Below are positions 1-13,021 of a stretch of 64,000 nt of DNA, piece after piece. The translations under genes and the position numbers were made by a program. Location: the NCBI RefSeq assembly GCF_006345805.1, contig NC_042999.1, positions 167,214,001 to 167,278,000 on the forward strand. Reading direction: 5' to 3'. Origin of the DNA: Octopus sinensis (lineage: Eukaryota). Position 1 is the first letter of the stretch; each line of letters starts with the position of its first letter. Below the pieces are notes generated by a model, which saw only the letters and a program-made list of their open reading frames with translations, was not told the origin of the DNA and did not search any database.

Positions 1-16
1 TGCAGGAAGCTAGCTG

Positions 17-30
17 GTTGCTATAGCAAC
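17..30. promoter_or_regulatory. Perfect palindromic RFX X-box-like motif (GTTGCTATAGCAAC)
   Basis: 14-bp perfect palindrome fitting the RFX X-box consensus. A TGCGCATG (NRF1-like) motif follows at 38-45. No expression evidence. Confidence 0.4.
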
Positions 31-262
31 ACGCTTCTGCGCATGTCCACTCCACACACGCACATCGGCAACATTCATGAATCTCTTGAAAATGGGGTCA
101 TAACCCCGAAATATTTAATACAAGGTTAGTCTACATTAATTCATATATTTGTTTTCTTGTGACTGACCTTGCATTTACTTCCCGTTGTTTTGGCCTTACC
201 AACGATCATTTATGCAAAATATTTTACACAATGCTTCATAGTAATTAGTCCATTATAACACA

Positions 263-265
<3 letters not shown>

Positions 266-328
<63 letters not shown>
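266..328. repeat. (TA)n microsatellite
   Basis: Directly visible; one of many (TA)n runs in the window. Confidence 0.97.
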
Positions 329-330
<2 letters not shown>

Positions 331-1380
331 TCTATATAGGATATATATATCCCATTATAAATTTGAGTGATGTTTCTTTGTCCGTTACTTTTTTAAGTTC
401 GTTAACTCCTCCAAGAGCCTTGGTGCAAGGACAACGAAACACGAACCAGCAACTCCCCTAATCGCAGGGAATGTCATAAGCGTGTTTATTTTTTTAAAGG
501 TCGTCTAATTGGGGTCCCACTGGTCTCGACCCCATTTTTACAGCATTTTAAACCAAAAACATGGCATTGGCGACCAAATTGGGGCAATGACAATGAATTT
601 CATATCATGAACTCCAAGGAGGTTCAATTTCTGAAGGGCCGCTTAAATGGGGCCCCCGATGACCCCACTATGTTCTCTGCATTTACTTCGCTCCTAGGCT
701 TGTTGATTAAACTATGATCAGCATCAGTGCTTGGCACAGTTGCAGAAATGAGTTTGGGCATTCTAAATACCTTCACGTACACTTAAATCGAGACAAAGTA
801 TTATAACATCTACGTTACGAGTGTGGTAGTGTGGATATTTATATTTTGTAGTTTATGAAACTTGTCTGATATATATATATATATATATTTTACACATATA
901 GTCGTGTATGTATTTATGTATATGCGCATGTATTTCGATATGTATGCGCATACGTATTGTGTCTGCCTACGCACACACTTGTACACCTAATTACATGCAT
1001 GTGTATATATGTGTGTGTGTGTGTGAGAGAGAGAGAGAGTGAGAGTTTGTGTATAAATGTAGTTATTCAATGAGTGCCGATTGGTTTATTTTAGCATGAC
1101 GTCTGCTGTGGGTGTGTCGAGAAGAAATGTGCGAACTTCGTACTTCAGTGTGATGTATGTATACATGTCATAGATATGGCTTATCTATTGTTTCTACATC
1201 AACGCCATTTACATTATTTATACACTCCTGGGTGATGTTAATGTATATTTCTATCAATGCGTTCTATACATCCTCAGCAACATCTTTCAATTCTTAAATT
1301 ATGCAACAGTAGAATTCTACTATACGATATATATGTATATATGTGTGTATGTACGTGCTTGCATGAATATATATGAATTT

Positions 1381-1516
1381 ACATACATATATGCATACGT
1401 ACGTACATACGTACGTACGTACATACATACATACATACATACATACATACATACATACATACATACATACATACATGCATACATACATACATACATACAT
1501 ACATACATACATACAT
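1381..1516. repeat. (TACA)n microsatellite
   Basis: Directly visible; explains the MYVC/YIHT pseudo-ORFs. Confidence 0.97.
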
Positions 1517-1683
1517 AGTGTATATATTGTTATTGGTGATATTTAGGTTCAGATTATATTCATCGTGCAGACAGACCCATGTACAAAGGCATTTTAGCCG
1601 TGAATCTCCCATTTTATCTAGGACTACTTACAATATGTCTTACCCTTTTCAGACATTAAGACGTACATTAAGTATACTTGGCA

Positions 1684-1830
1684 GTAGGGGCAGACTAAGA
1701 GTATTAAGGGCCCTCGGGCAAAAATGTTTACCGGGCCCCATAGCATTGATATCAAAGTAGCGTTAACATGTAGAGTGCGGGCCCCTCAGAGCTCCAGGCC
1801 CTCGGGCAGTGCCCGAATGACCGGCGACTC
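1684..1830. mobile_element. Short GC-rich MITE-like relic with repeated GGGCCC motifs
   Basis: GC-rich island starting GTAGGGGCAGACT with several GGGCCC/GGCCC motifs in an AT-rich background. The right terminus is degenerate. Confidence 0.35.
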
Positions 1831-2283
1831 AGTCTTATCGTGCTTGGCAGCTGTTTCTAACAAATTGAATGACCATCTAGAAATTCGATCGTGCTTTTAT
1901 TGCTGTTAAATGAGTCCATCCTGCTTCAAAATAAAAGTAATGGACGAATATTGAGTGGAGTAATTTATGAGTATTATGTCTTCCAATCATATATTATATA
2001 TGATATAGTAGATAACTATATTCCAAAAAGACGTTGATATATATACGGAACAGTACATTTTCATATTCCAGTACCTGATTGATTAACAACCTTTTGAAAA
2101 TATGTCTTGCTAGTATTTTGTTTGGAATGTAAAGATACATTCAGTTAGTACAATCTTCAGAGAGGATATTTCTCACAAATCTCTTAACCTCATAAACAAT
2201 GTCGTAAATAATATTTTTAAAACCTAAGCTACCATATATAAAATATAAAGAGACCAGTAAGACGGTTGTGAAATATGGGATGG

Positions 2284-2668
2284 AAGCACTCCGTCGGTTA
2301 CGACGATGAGGGTTCCGGTTGATCCGAATCAACGGAACAGCCTGGTCGTGAAATTAACGTGTAAGTGGCTGAGCACTCCACAGACACGTGTACCCTTAAC
2401 GTAGTTCTCGGGGATATTCAGCGTGACACAGAGAGTGACAAGGCCGGCCCTTTGAAATACAGGTACAACAGAAACAGGAAGTAAGAGTGAGAGAAAGTTG
2501 TGGTGAAAGAGTACAGCAGGGATCACCACCATCCCCTGCCGGAGCCTCGTGGAGCTTTTTAGGTGTTTTCGCTCAATAAACACACACAAACGCCCGGTCT
2601 GGGAATCGAAACCGCGATCTTATGACCGCGAGTCCGCTGCCCTAACCACTGGGCCATTGCGCCTCCAC
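2284..2668 (-). mobile_element. tRNA-derived SINE, family A (copy 1, full length)
   Basis: Reverse complement of the copy at 45889-46272. tRNA-like head with A-box (TGGCCCAGTGG) and B-box (GTTTCGATTCC). Confidence 0.93.
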
Positions 2669-5098
2669 TAGCAAAATATGAAGCTTAGTTACACGTGCTG
2701 CTTAAACAATAACTTATACGGTCAATTATCATTCGTCTGCAACATTTTAAATCGGAAGTTTATCGGATTTCGGTTTTTTAGAAATTCGGGATGATTGTAT
2801 ACTTGTATCTATAAAATGGGACATTTTGAGGATGGCATTAAAATCTAGACACATTATCCGTTTACATTTCAAAATATAGTTTATACGTGTACCTTGAATA
2901 TAGTTTTGAATAAATTTGGCGTTAGTCTAGTTTCTTATTGTATTTTAACTTCTGTTTGCCAACCACATAAAGGAGCAAAATTTCAGCTTGTTACACCCAG
3001 ACATTTTACAAATCTTTCTGAGCTTTTCCTGCAACGTTTTCATTTGTGAAGTTTGGGAGGATTTGGGATATTTCTCCAAAATATATTACCTACTGTTTTT
3101 CAAAGAACAAAGAACATTTTATTAGTCATCACTTGATGCCAGTACATAAAATATTTTGTTGGAGTCTCTTTACTAATTCTTTAGTTTAAATAACCAGTTT
3201 AAACTGACAATTATTACTCGCACAGCTGTACAATAATTTAATGTCCTTGAATCTAAAACACATAACGATCATGAAGACGAAACATTTCAGAAATTTCTAA
3301 GAAGATTCAGATAGGTTTACCATTGTTTTTTTTTTCCTATGAAGATATTAAGTCCAGTATAGGTGTACTAAGATACATTGATATATGGAGTAATAATATG
3401 TATTTAGTTTCCTTATGAAATAAGTCCACATACTTAGACCAGAAGAGCATTTCGGCAACTTGGAAAGAGGTCCAAGCTATAGTAGCAGAAAGAGGTCCAA
3501 GCTATAGTAGCGGAGCACATAGAGTTAAGTGTACAGCGAAGAAACACAAGGAAATAAGCAACACCTTATCTTCTCATTTTGTCGCCATATCAAGATGCTA
3601 TATTTGACACTTGTCATTAGAGAATGTTACACTAGAATAATATACTAAACAATCATATATCTAGAAGTTTCCATTCAACATATAAAATATGTAGAACCTA
3701 CTACATTACTTATGCTCTGATAAAATGCTTAGTAGTTGATTTTAATTACACAAGACACCACATTTAAAAATAATTAATTAATCCTATATAGGAAATATAT
3801 TTGTAATTATGGGGTTAAGTCCCATAAATCATAAACCATTGTAGTAAATCTGTTGTCAAAGGCTCAAATGCAGCTTGGTTTTCTTGTTTAACTTCGAGTT
3901 AGCTCTGATCCAGGAGACCTATTTCAAAGTCGTTCTCACATGTTTATACCGTTTCTTCTTTTGTCACACATCTTGTCTAAGATTACATTGTACAGGAAGT
4001 GCTTGCATTTTTAACGTGATAAATATGGATAGTTCTATTCTAGAAAGTAGGAATAGTCAAGTATAGGTTCCCCTTTGATCTGAAAATAAAATAAAACTGA
4101 CATGGTCACACAAAGATGACACTTTGGATTTTCAAATAACATCAGAAGGAACTTCAATGCTTATTTTGACAAATATTTTTGCTTTTTTTCTTAAATACAA
4201 TTTACATGTAGATATGTTAATACAGTACTTTGCACAATTTTTCTCATATTTTTACAGAATGTTTTATTTGTTTTTATTTATATTTAACAATTTTAAGACA
4301 TTTTGTTGCGGTTTGTTATGAAAACGCGCCACTCTTTTACATATCAACGTTTACGTAAACAACGCCATTGCATCTTTACTTAAAATTGTATGACAACATA
4401 ATTCAACACCATAGGAATATTTATAATATATTTTGAAGTTTGTCAGAAGAGTTTTTCATCTATACTTGTATATTAAGATGCTTCTCTGTTTTCATTTGAT
4501 GTTTATATTTTGAAGGGAAATACGTGATGTTGCTATGAAAGTTTCTGTAAGTACTGTCACTTAGTGTCGCAATAAATAAAATGCTTCCACACTTTGATCC
4601 TACGAATGATGACTTACTCATATGCAAGTAGTTGCTTGTAATCGTCATGACAAATTACGTTTCCAGCTCATTTTCACAACATATGTAAAGCATATAATAT
4701 AGGTTACTAAAGACTATTACTTTAAAGATAATATTGTCTCATTCACACATCTCCCTAAGATTTCTATTGCTATACTTCGTCTTCAAATAACTTTGGTTTG
4801 TTCTTAAAATAGACACATAACATAACTTTGCTTTCAGTTTTGATTTAGCTACACGCAGTTTCAAACTAAAGCGCAATAACAAACAATTTATCGCTTTTCT
4901 TACTATAATATGTTATATTCCACTTATAATTTGCTTTCAATACGTTTTCTGGAGTTCAGTGGGAAATAATGACACTTTTACTTAAGAAGAAACAAGTCCA
5001 ACAAATCGTTTGCAAGTGACATAACATAAAAGTATGAGCTGAGTTTACAAAATATCAAGAGTAACAGCCAGATGTGTATGTGCGTGTGTATATATATA

Positions 5099-5161
<63 letters not shown>

Positions 5162-5744
5162 GTAAAATAATCAAACACACACATACACGTATGTATGAAT
5201 CTATGATTGTGCTGAGTGGGACAACAAAAATCTAGTCAGTTACTATTCATTATCTCCTTTGACTATAAATGGAGCATAATGAGCCAAAAAATGATCTCCA
5301 TTTTTCTTGACCTTTCGCAATAAATTGCAATTGTCACCAGGCATAGCCGCCTTTCACTGCTTCACTTTCTGTGGACCTTCTGTGTATTGGTTTTTGGTCT
5401 TGTTGAGAGAAAGTTATTCCACATCATAACTTCCTCTTGATTTTCGATGTGTTGCTTCATACACAGTCTCTGATGACTGCCTCCTCTTACCAACAGCGGC
5501 TTCATATTTATATATGTCTTGCATTTCAGCAACAATGAACGAAATTGATAGAGCAAGGCTTCTAACACTACACCTAGCATCCTCTTCCTTTCCCAACCGG
5601 ACTTGGAATCGGCTATAGCGGAGTTTCAGTCAAATAATATTCCACTGAAAAATGCAAGGTTATGATGTTATTCGGCCACATCTTAAATACGAGAGAAAAC
5701 ATCTATCTGTCGTGTCTCCATGCAATAAATACATGAATAAATTA

Positions 5745-5957
5745 TCGTTTCAAATTTTGGAGCAAGGCCAACAAGTTTGGCAGAGGGAGATAAGTCGATT
5801 ACATCGATCCCAATACTCAGCTGGTAATGATTTTGTCAACCCCGAAAGGATGAAAGCCAAAGTCGACCTCGGCGGAATTTGAACTCAGAATGTGAAGACG
5901 GACGAAATGCTACTAAGTTGTCTGGTGCGCTAACAGTTCTGCCAGCACGTCGCCTTC
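5745..5957 (-). mobile_element. tRNA-headed SINE, family C (tail type 1)
   Basis: GGCGRCGWGCTGGCAGAA head, GTCGACTTTGGCTTTCATCCTTTCGGGG core and GGCCTTG..AAAATTTGAAAC tail, as in other copies. Confidence 0.85.
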
Positions 5958-7157
5958 AATATATATATAAATAATAAATCGTAAAAACTTGTAGTATTCA
6001 ATCCTATTCCTCTTCCTGTGGGTTTTGAATTGCAGTTTAGCTTAATCTGCAGCCAACACAGGGACTATCAAGATACTCAACATAAATTTTAAGCTGAATG
6101 TTGATTTCTGCTATCAAATCTAGTGCAAACTTTCCTCAAGACAGACATGTTCTGTTCACTCTGTGATGTATGAGATATCAAGAAACTTGACTTAGAAATC
6201 CAAACTAATATGTCAGCAAAATGTTGATTTTTGTCTATGAGACGTATATAAAAATATATCCTGAGAATGATATGGTGTTATATACTCTCTCGAAAAACTT
6301 GTCAGTCGTGAATTATTGATCTTTGATGTTACTTACGTGATCTATGTTAGGCAATAAAATAGTATAGTACCTGACCTATCTTGAATTAAAGCATGTCTTT
6401 CATTATACACCAACGACTGTTAAATAGATCGAACAATCATGAAACTTGAAGTAACGGCAGACGGCATTAACCGTACACATACAACACGCGCACGCGCACA
6501 CACATTATTGTTGTTAGGGTTGCAAAATGACAAATAACAAGACACATTTACTGATAAATTTACTGATATAATAAGGACGGAGTCAAATTAATTATATATT
6601 CGAATTGACTTCGCTTCTCAAGATTTATTCAAATGGCGAGAAAAATAGGTATTTACACAAAATAAGATATTTTGTTAAAAGAGGTTTATTTATGAGAAAT
6701 GAATTTAGTAAATTTGGTATTCTATAAAATTATAGTGATCGATTCGAATTTTAAGTTAATCTAAATAATTGTAAGCTCTGTATTTGATTACTGTTCGAAT
6801 AAACCGCGGGACACGAAACTCATGTCACAAACATCTATAACATATACGTGTGTGTGTTTACCTGCTTGTGTAGAGGCGCGCACACAGTTGTTTTGTTAAT
6901 CAATAGGTGTTTTTATTAAATTTTCTTATGATTTAGAGAAAGGATTATGGGGATTGCTGATGGTCTTTTGCAGGGACACCGAGATAGATGGAAAGAAATG
7001 AATGAAAATCTTCAGCTCGCACTCCTCAGCTGAATGTTTAAAAGGAAGTGGACTCTGCCCAAGACAGACAAATGTCAGTTGATGATATTAAGCTGACCAA
7101 CTTTTGTACAAAAGCACGAGAGCGTATTAATCTGGGCAATATTAGTTATACATATAC

Positions 7158-7306
7158 TCGAGGTCGACTTTGCCTTTCATCTTTTCGTGGTCGATTAAGT
7201 AAGTACCAGTTATGCACTGGGGTCGATGTAATCGACTTAATCCCTTTGTATGTCCTTATTTGTCTCCTCTATGTTGAGCCCCCTGTGGGCAATAAAGAAA
7301 TAAATA
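7158..7306 (+). mobile_element. 5'-truncated family C SINE with LINE-derived tail (tail type 2)
   Basis: Core plus GTCGATGTAATCGAC hairpin, then TCCCTTTGT..CTCTATGTT..GTGGGCAATAAAGAAATA, matching 14262-14320. Confidence 0.85.
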
Positions 7307-8633
7307 TTGCTTATACATTTGCGGCAATGAGTATATTATCAATATGTCCTAATGAAAATAGCGTTTGTCTGCCTGATCGACGAAATTTCATTCGTCGGCG
7401 CTCAGCATTTGTGCCCACCGCCCCTGCTAGCAGTGCACTGTCTATGCCATCATACTAATTCCATTTGATACTGTGGTATAACACATTTTCGTCAATCCTG
7501 ATCTTTCTCTCACTTCTTAAACATGATAATAGATGAATATTAACTCCTCTTATCTGGAAGAGGTTTCCTCTACATATTAAAGGGCCCAATGTAAACATTG
7601 CTATAATAGTATTTATGAGTACGAGCATATCACCTATGTCGAGGTATTTTTAAAGATCTTTAAAGTAAAACTCCACGACAGCACCAGAATATCCTAATCT
7701 TTCAAGCAGTAGTTAAGATACAACCTGTTCTCCGCTTAATGCTGCATCATTACACCTCCCTCCTCACTATAAAAATAAACAAAAAGTTAAAGGAAAACAA
7801 TGAAAGAAACGTCAGCTTCAGTTCCATTTGTCTAATATAGTGCTTTAACTTGGGCGGTAGCACACTCTTGTAGGCGTTCTGAGTTCATCAGAGGGCGGTA
7901 AATATCAAGGATGGGAGACGGCTATGATGGGTGCTAGGTATTTAGAAAGGACAGAATTTTCTTAGAAATAAAATGTTTAAACCAGGTGCGATACTTATAT
8001 TTTAAACACATTACCAAAATCATTGTCGGGGTTAGAATATGAGTTAAACCTTATGTTATCAGTAAGCAGAAACATGACTGATAAAGCGCTGAAGTCTGAT
8101 ATAATCTTATACACTCTCGCTTTTTGTAATTTTCATATGCATCTAACGTGGGCGGTACACTAATCCATGCAATTATCTAAAACAAAAAACAAAACAAAAC
8201 AAGAGGCACAATCTAAGTGCTACTGAAATATGCGAAGGAGGTGATGAACAACTGATTTAATTATTTTTACGTTTGTACACTCATCTATCCGTTCTTTATA
8301 AAGTTAGGGAGCGAGGCATTTCGGTTCCACATCATAGTTCCTCTCTTCGAGTAACTCAACTAAGACTGACGAGCTCATTCGCATTGGACTCATTTCTTGT
8401 AATTATTATGTTGATATTATGGTCATTGATGTTCATGCTGTTACTGTCTAGCCCCATTTTAGCTCTGATTGGGCAGACCTAACATTAAAATGGTTTTTTT
8501 AAAAAATGACCATCCCACCCTAGTGTTTATTTACGATCACATTATCATGTATGTCGTTTCTTTATAAAGCAGTAGGTTGGGATTTGAGGGCTATTTATTT
8601 GCTATTTCTAACAATTTATTTGCTATTTCTAAC

Positions 8634-9048
8634 ATAGGCGCAGGAGTGACTGTGTGGTAAGTAGCTTGCTAACCAACCACATGGTTCCGGGTTCAGTCCC
8701 ACTGCGTGGCATCTTGGGCAAGTGTCTTCTGCTATAGCCCCGGGCCGACCAATGCCTTGTGAGTGAATTTGGTAGACGGAAACTGAAAGAAGCCTGTCGT
8801 ATATATGTATATATATGTGTGTGTGTGTGTGTGTTTGTGTGTCTGTGTTTGTCCCCCTAGCATTGCTTGACAACCGTTGCTGGTGTGTTTACGTCCCCGT
8901 CACTTAGCGGTTCGGCAAAAAGAGACCGATAGAATAAGTACTGGGCTTACAAAGAATAAGTCCCGGGGTCGATTTGCTCGACTAAAAAGCGGTGCTCCAG
9001 CATGGCCGCAGTCAAATGACTGAAACAAGTAAAAGAGTAAAAGAGTAA
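8634..9048 (+). mobile_element. tRNA-derived SINE, family B (full length)
   Basis: ATAGGCGCAGGAGTG head, internal (TA)(TG) tract and (GTAAAAGA)n tail; near-identical to 11866-12250, 42641-43041 and 51247-51640. Confidence 0.93.
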
Positions 9049-10177
9049 GTCAAGCAATCACTCAGAGGCTTCCTTCTTTGGCCTGTTGTTGTGGTGATAG
9101 TGGGTGAAGTTGTTGTTAGTAGTGATGGTGTTAGTATGACAGTTGGAAATTCATATGCGAATCTGTTTTTAGCTGAATGTTTCCCTTATTATGTAAATAG
9201 ACCAAGGAAAAGTATGAACACTACGACATTCTATTTACCCCGAGTTTCATAATTTTAGGTCGTCATTATTAATTACAGAACCCATAATCATTACAACGAT
9301 AATGACGAAAATAACGATGATAAAGATGATGAAACCAGCAATAATAACACGCTCATTTCAGTAAGATCAGTATTATATAAACGTATATTGCCGTGTTTTA
9401 CTGTTTACATTCGACTGCTGTCTACGAGGCGCCATTCGGAATTCTTTCCATGCTTACAGAAGCAAAGCTGAACATTTTTTTTTATAAACAATTGGTTGCT
9501 AACATTAACCTTGCTTTGACATGTATATTTTGTTTATAGAAAAACTGACTATCATTGATAGTCAGTTTTTCTATGGGATATCAAACTGAACAGGATGATG
9601 AGATGATGTAACTTACAATGATAAAATAATCGAAGCTTAAGGATAAGAAGCAAATTTCCATTTCTTTTACAGATCTCTCGAAAAATGAACTCTCTCTCAC
9701 ACACACATAAGCGTGCGCGCAATCAAAGAGGGGATGTATGCGCATGCGCACACACAAATTCAGTTATATATTTTGTACACAAATTTGTAAAAATTTGAAC
9801 AGATGAAGCGATAAAATCAAATCTCGATATATTTAATACACTATACGCAATTGTATCATAATATTTATGCAATTTCAAAAATTACACAATCATTTTGAAA
9901 GAAATAAATGTCAAAATTTAAAAAATTACTTTGCAATATTGTCATTTCACTCGCTTGGTCCCAAGCCAGCTTCGATGAAACAGGCCTAAGGTAGATAACA
10001 TTTCGGCTTGGATTTATCCTTTTTTATCCTTTTTTCTTATTTTCTACGAGGATAAGGTGTGATATAGGGGATAGGAGGCTGAGCAGGCACGAAGAGATTC
10101 CAGTGTTGATTTATTCTAGATAATGTTGCATCGGTAGCTGAAACTACATTTTCTTGGTGTCATTCGTTCCTTCTCGT

Positions 10178-10183
<6 letters not shown>

Positions 10184-10216
<33 letters not shown>

Positions 10217-10266
10217 TAATAATAATAATAATAATAATAATGATAATAATAATAATAATAATAATG

Positions 10267-10316
<50 letters not shown>
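10184..10316. repeat. (TAA)n microsatellite, target array of the R4/Dong inserts
   Basis: Directly visible, with occasional TGA variants. Confidence 0.97.
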
Positions 10317-10317
<1 letters not shown>

Positions 10318-10944
10318 TTATCTCTAGCTGCCCAGTCCTGGCTAAGAAGGAATATATTCACAGACATGACAGAGTTGGAACCTACATACATTGGAAGCTA
10401 TGCCAACATTATGGAATAACAACAGAAAAAAGATGGTATAGGCACATACCAGAAAAGGTCACAGAAAACGAGAAAGCAACCATACTCTGGGATATGCCGA
10501 TACACACAGATAGAGAAATTAAGGCCAACAGACCAGATATAGTTGTCAGAGATCATGAAGAAAAAAAATGCTTTCTAATTGATGTATCAATACCGGCAGA
10601 TGACAACGTGTCTCTAAAAGAAATGGAGAAACTCTCAAAATACAAAGACCTGGAAATAGAGATAACTAGAATGTGGAACCTGAAAACAGAAACAATTCCT
10701 ATCATAGTAGGTGCATTAGGCATGATAAAAAAATATTCAGACAAATACATAACAAAAACACCAGGACTTACAAACACATATAACATACAGAAAATTGCAC
10801 TACTAGGCACTGCACACATCCTACGCAGAACACTTTCCATACAATAACCATCAGAGCATCACAACAAATCACAGCACATACCCAAGGCACACAGAGCTGC
10901 GCTCGGTAGTGAAGTGAAAGCACGCTATAAAAATAAAACTACTG
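10317..10944 (+). mobile_element. 5'-truncated R4/Dong-clade non-LTR retrotransposon (end of CCHC knuckle, restriction-like endonuclease, 3' UTR)
   Basis: Stop-free frame 10317-10847: IISSCPVLAKKEYIHRHD..HWKLC..ILWDMPIHTDREIKANRPDIVV..LIDVSIP..EKLSKY..IVGALG, typical of the RLE C-terminus. Flanked by (TAA)n on both sides. Confidence 0.88.
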
Positions 10945-10977
10945 AATAATAATAATAATAATAATAATAGTAATAAT

Positions 10978-11321
10978 GAGAAAATGTGGCATCTCAAGGC
11001 GGTTACAATACCAGTGATTGTAGGAGCACTAGGAATGATCAAGAAGGGAACCGAAAATTATATGATAATGATCCCTGGGTTACCATCCCTGCAAGAAGTG
11101 CAAAAGATTGTCTTAACTGGTACATCACACGTATTGAGAAGAGCATTGTCGATGTGAGAATTATTACTACCCATGTATTTTAATTTAACTTAAAAAAAAA
11201 ATGAACGAACTATTGAGTTTAGTTTAATGGCCTACCAATGTATACTATGAGTTTCTTTGCCCTAGGACTCGGGAAGACACTCGGCAAGAAATGGAAGCAA
11301 ATTTGAAAGAAGAAAAAAAAA
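10978..11321 (+). mobile_element. Second, diverged R4/Dong-type 3' fragment
   Basis: Frame 10978-11157 reads EKMWHLKAVTIPVIVGALGMIKKG..VQKIVLTGTSHVLRRALSM*, homologous to the first copy's C-terminus. Different 3' UTR; (TAA)n on both sides. Confidence 0.82.
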
Positions 11322-11360
<39 letters not shown>

Positions 11361-11378
11361 TAAATAATATATGCATGT

Positions 11379-11779
11379 ATGCATACGAAATACGAATACA
11401 CGGAATATGAACTTTTTTCGAACAACGAAAGAAACAAATGGAAAACAAAACAAGCAACATAAAGAATGACCCTTCATCAGTTGTCGGCTATTTTTCTAAT
11501 CCGTATTTCGCGCAATTCATGACAATTCATGACAAGATACACATTGGACAAAACAGTTGCTCCCGCAAAGCAAATTAAATAAAATTTAGGATTTTGCGGA
11601 TGGTCAAAATTGGTAACAAAAACAGGACAGTGAAACAAACAGGAAGAGCTGCTAAGCCTAAATGAGGTGATGTGGCAAACACGGTGGAACAAGCTTGGAC
11701 AGGAGACAGTCAAGAATGCGTCTGGTCCATGTTGTTTGAAAAAAGTTCATATTCCATGTATTCGATTTTCGTATTTCAT
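11379..11779. mobile_element. MITE-like element with ~48-bp terminal inverted repeats
   Basis: 11379-11426 is the reverse complement of 11731-11779 with a few mismatches. No clear TSD. Confidence 0.6.
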
Positions 11780-11865
11780 GTTACTTACGTTTTGTGACGT
11801 CTTGTGTCCACATATGCATATACATATATATGTAAGTATGCATATGTATTATGTATATATGCATA

Positions 11866-12250
11866 TACTCTTTTACTGTTTTACTTGTTTCAGTCATTTA
11901 ACTGCGGCCATGCTGGAGCACCGCCTTTAATCCAGCAACTCGACCCCGGGACTTATTCTTTTGTAAGCCCAGTACTTATTCTATCGGTCACTTTTGCCGA
12001 ACCGCTAGGTAACGGGGACGTAAACACACCAGCATCGGTTGTCAAGCAATGCTAGGGGGACAAACACAGACACACAAACACACACACATACATATATATG
12101 TGTTTCCGTCTACCAAATCCACTCACAAGGCTTCGGTCGGCCCGAGGCTATAGCAAAAGACACTTGCCCAAGATGCCACGCAGTGGGACTGAACCCGGAA
12201 CCATGTGGTTGGTTAGCAAGCTACTTACCACACAGCCACTCCTGCGCCTA
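11866..12250 (-). mobile_element. Family B SINE (full length)
   Basis: Reverse complement of 8634-9048. Confidence 0.93.
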
Positions 12251-12310
12251 TATATATATTATTTATTTTATTATATGATTGAACGCCACGTATCCATTTC
12301 TAAGTAAGTT

Positions 12311-12402
<92 letters not shown>

Positions 12403-13021
12403 TCATGCAACTACATGCATACACAGATAATTACACATACATGCACATAAATATGTTCTGAATAAAATGTACACAAAAATATTTTGTTCTATAATTCACA
12501 TCAAGGAATCATCAATCGATATTAGTACTCGCACGGCACTTTATTTCATCGACTCCTGAAAAATGAAAATGAAAGTTGACTGCAGCGGAATTTTATATCA
12601 CAAAGAATTTTGCCCGGTGGAAAAAATGATTCTAGTTTGTCTTTGGAAATATTCTGACATTCTTTGTTTGAATATTAAAGATAGAAGTGGCATATATGAT
12701 GAGAATGAATGTATCTTCTTGGGAAAAGACAAAAGGAGTCATGAAAGGTTCAGTGATGGATTGTGGTCGGTGGGGTCATACCCGTTAATCCCTTCACATT
12801 TTCATTATTTATTTTATTTTATACTTTTATAAAATCATTCTGTAACCATTTGGTGCAAGTCCCCTCGACCCCTTGTCTGTCCCCTCTATGTTAGTCCTTC
12901 ATGGCTATAATAAAATCAATTCTTTATTAGAATATTCTGATTTTTGCAAAACACCAGCAATTATGAAGGCAGTGGGCAATTCGATTACATCAGTCATTTG
13001 ACCGTACTTATTTAGCCAAAC

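Noticed and set aside
1294-1612. MYVC/YIHT ORFs (also 43301-44044, 46670-47014, 53573-54230, 61749-62383)
   Set aside because: Translations of tetra- and dinucleotide microsatellites.
3463-3511. 25-bp-period tandem duplication GAAAGAGGTCCAAGCTATAGTAGC
   Set aside because: Two copies only; ordinary slippage, not a CRISPR-like or structured array.
5330-5600. Coding-looking minus-strand segment
   Set aside because: Overlapping short ORFs with no recognisable motif; probably a decayed TE, cannot be assigned.
7330-7770. Minus-strand segment behind a good splice acceptor, about 150 codons in one frame
   Set aside because: Three internal stops and no recognisable homology.
8593-8634. 21-bp direct repeat next to a SINE head
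   Set aside because: Both copies are on the same side of the SINE, so it is not a TSD; likely a local slip.
9279-9360. Possible exon (CAG|...|GTAAGA) with Asp/Asn-rich frame
   Set aside because: Sequence is a degenerate (GAT/AAT) repeat, which opens frames by chance.
9739-9750. Perfect TGCGCATGCGCA (NRF1) motif
   Set aside because: Embedded in purine-pyrimidine alternating low-complexity sequence with no other promoter support.
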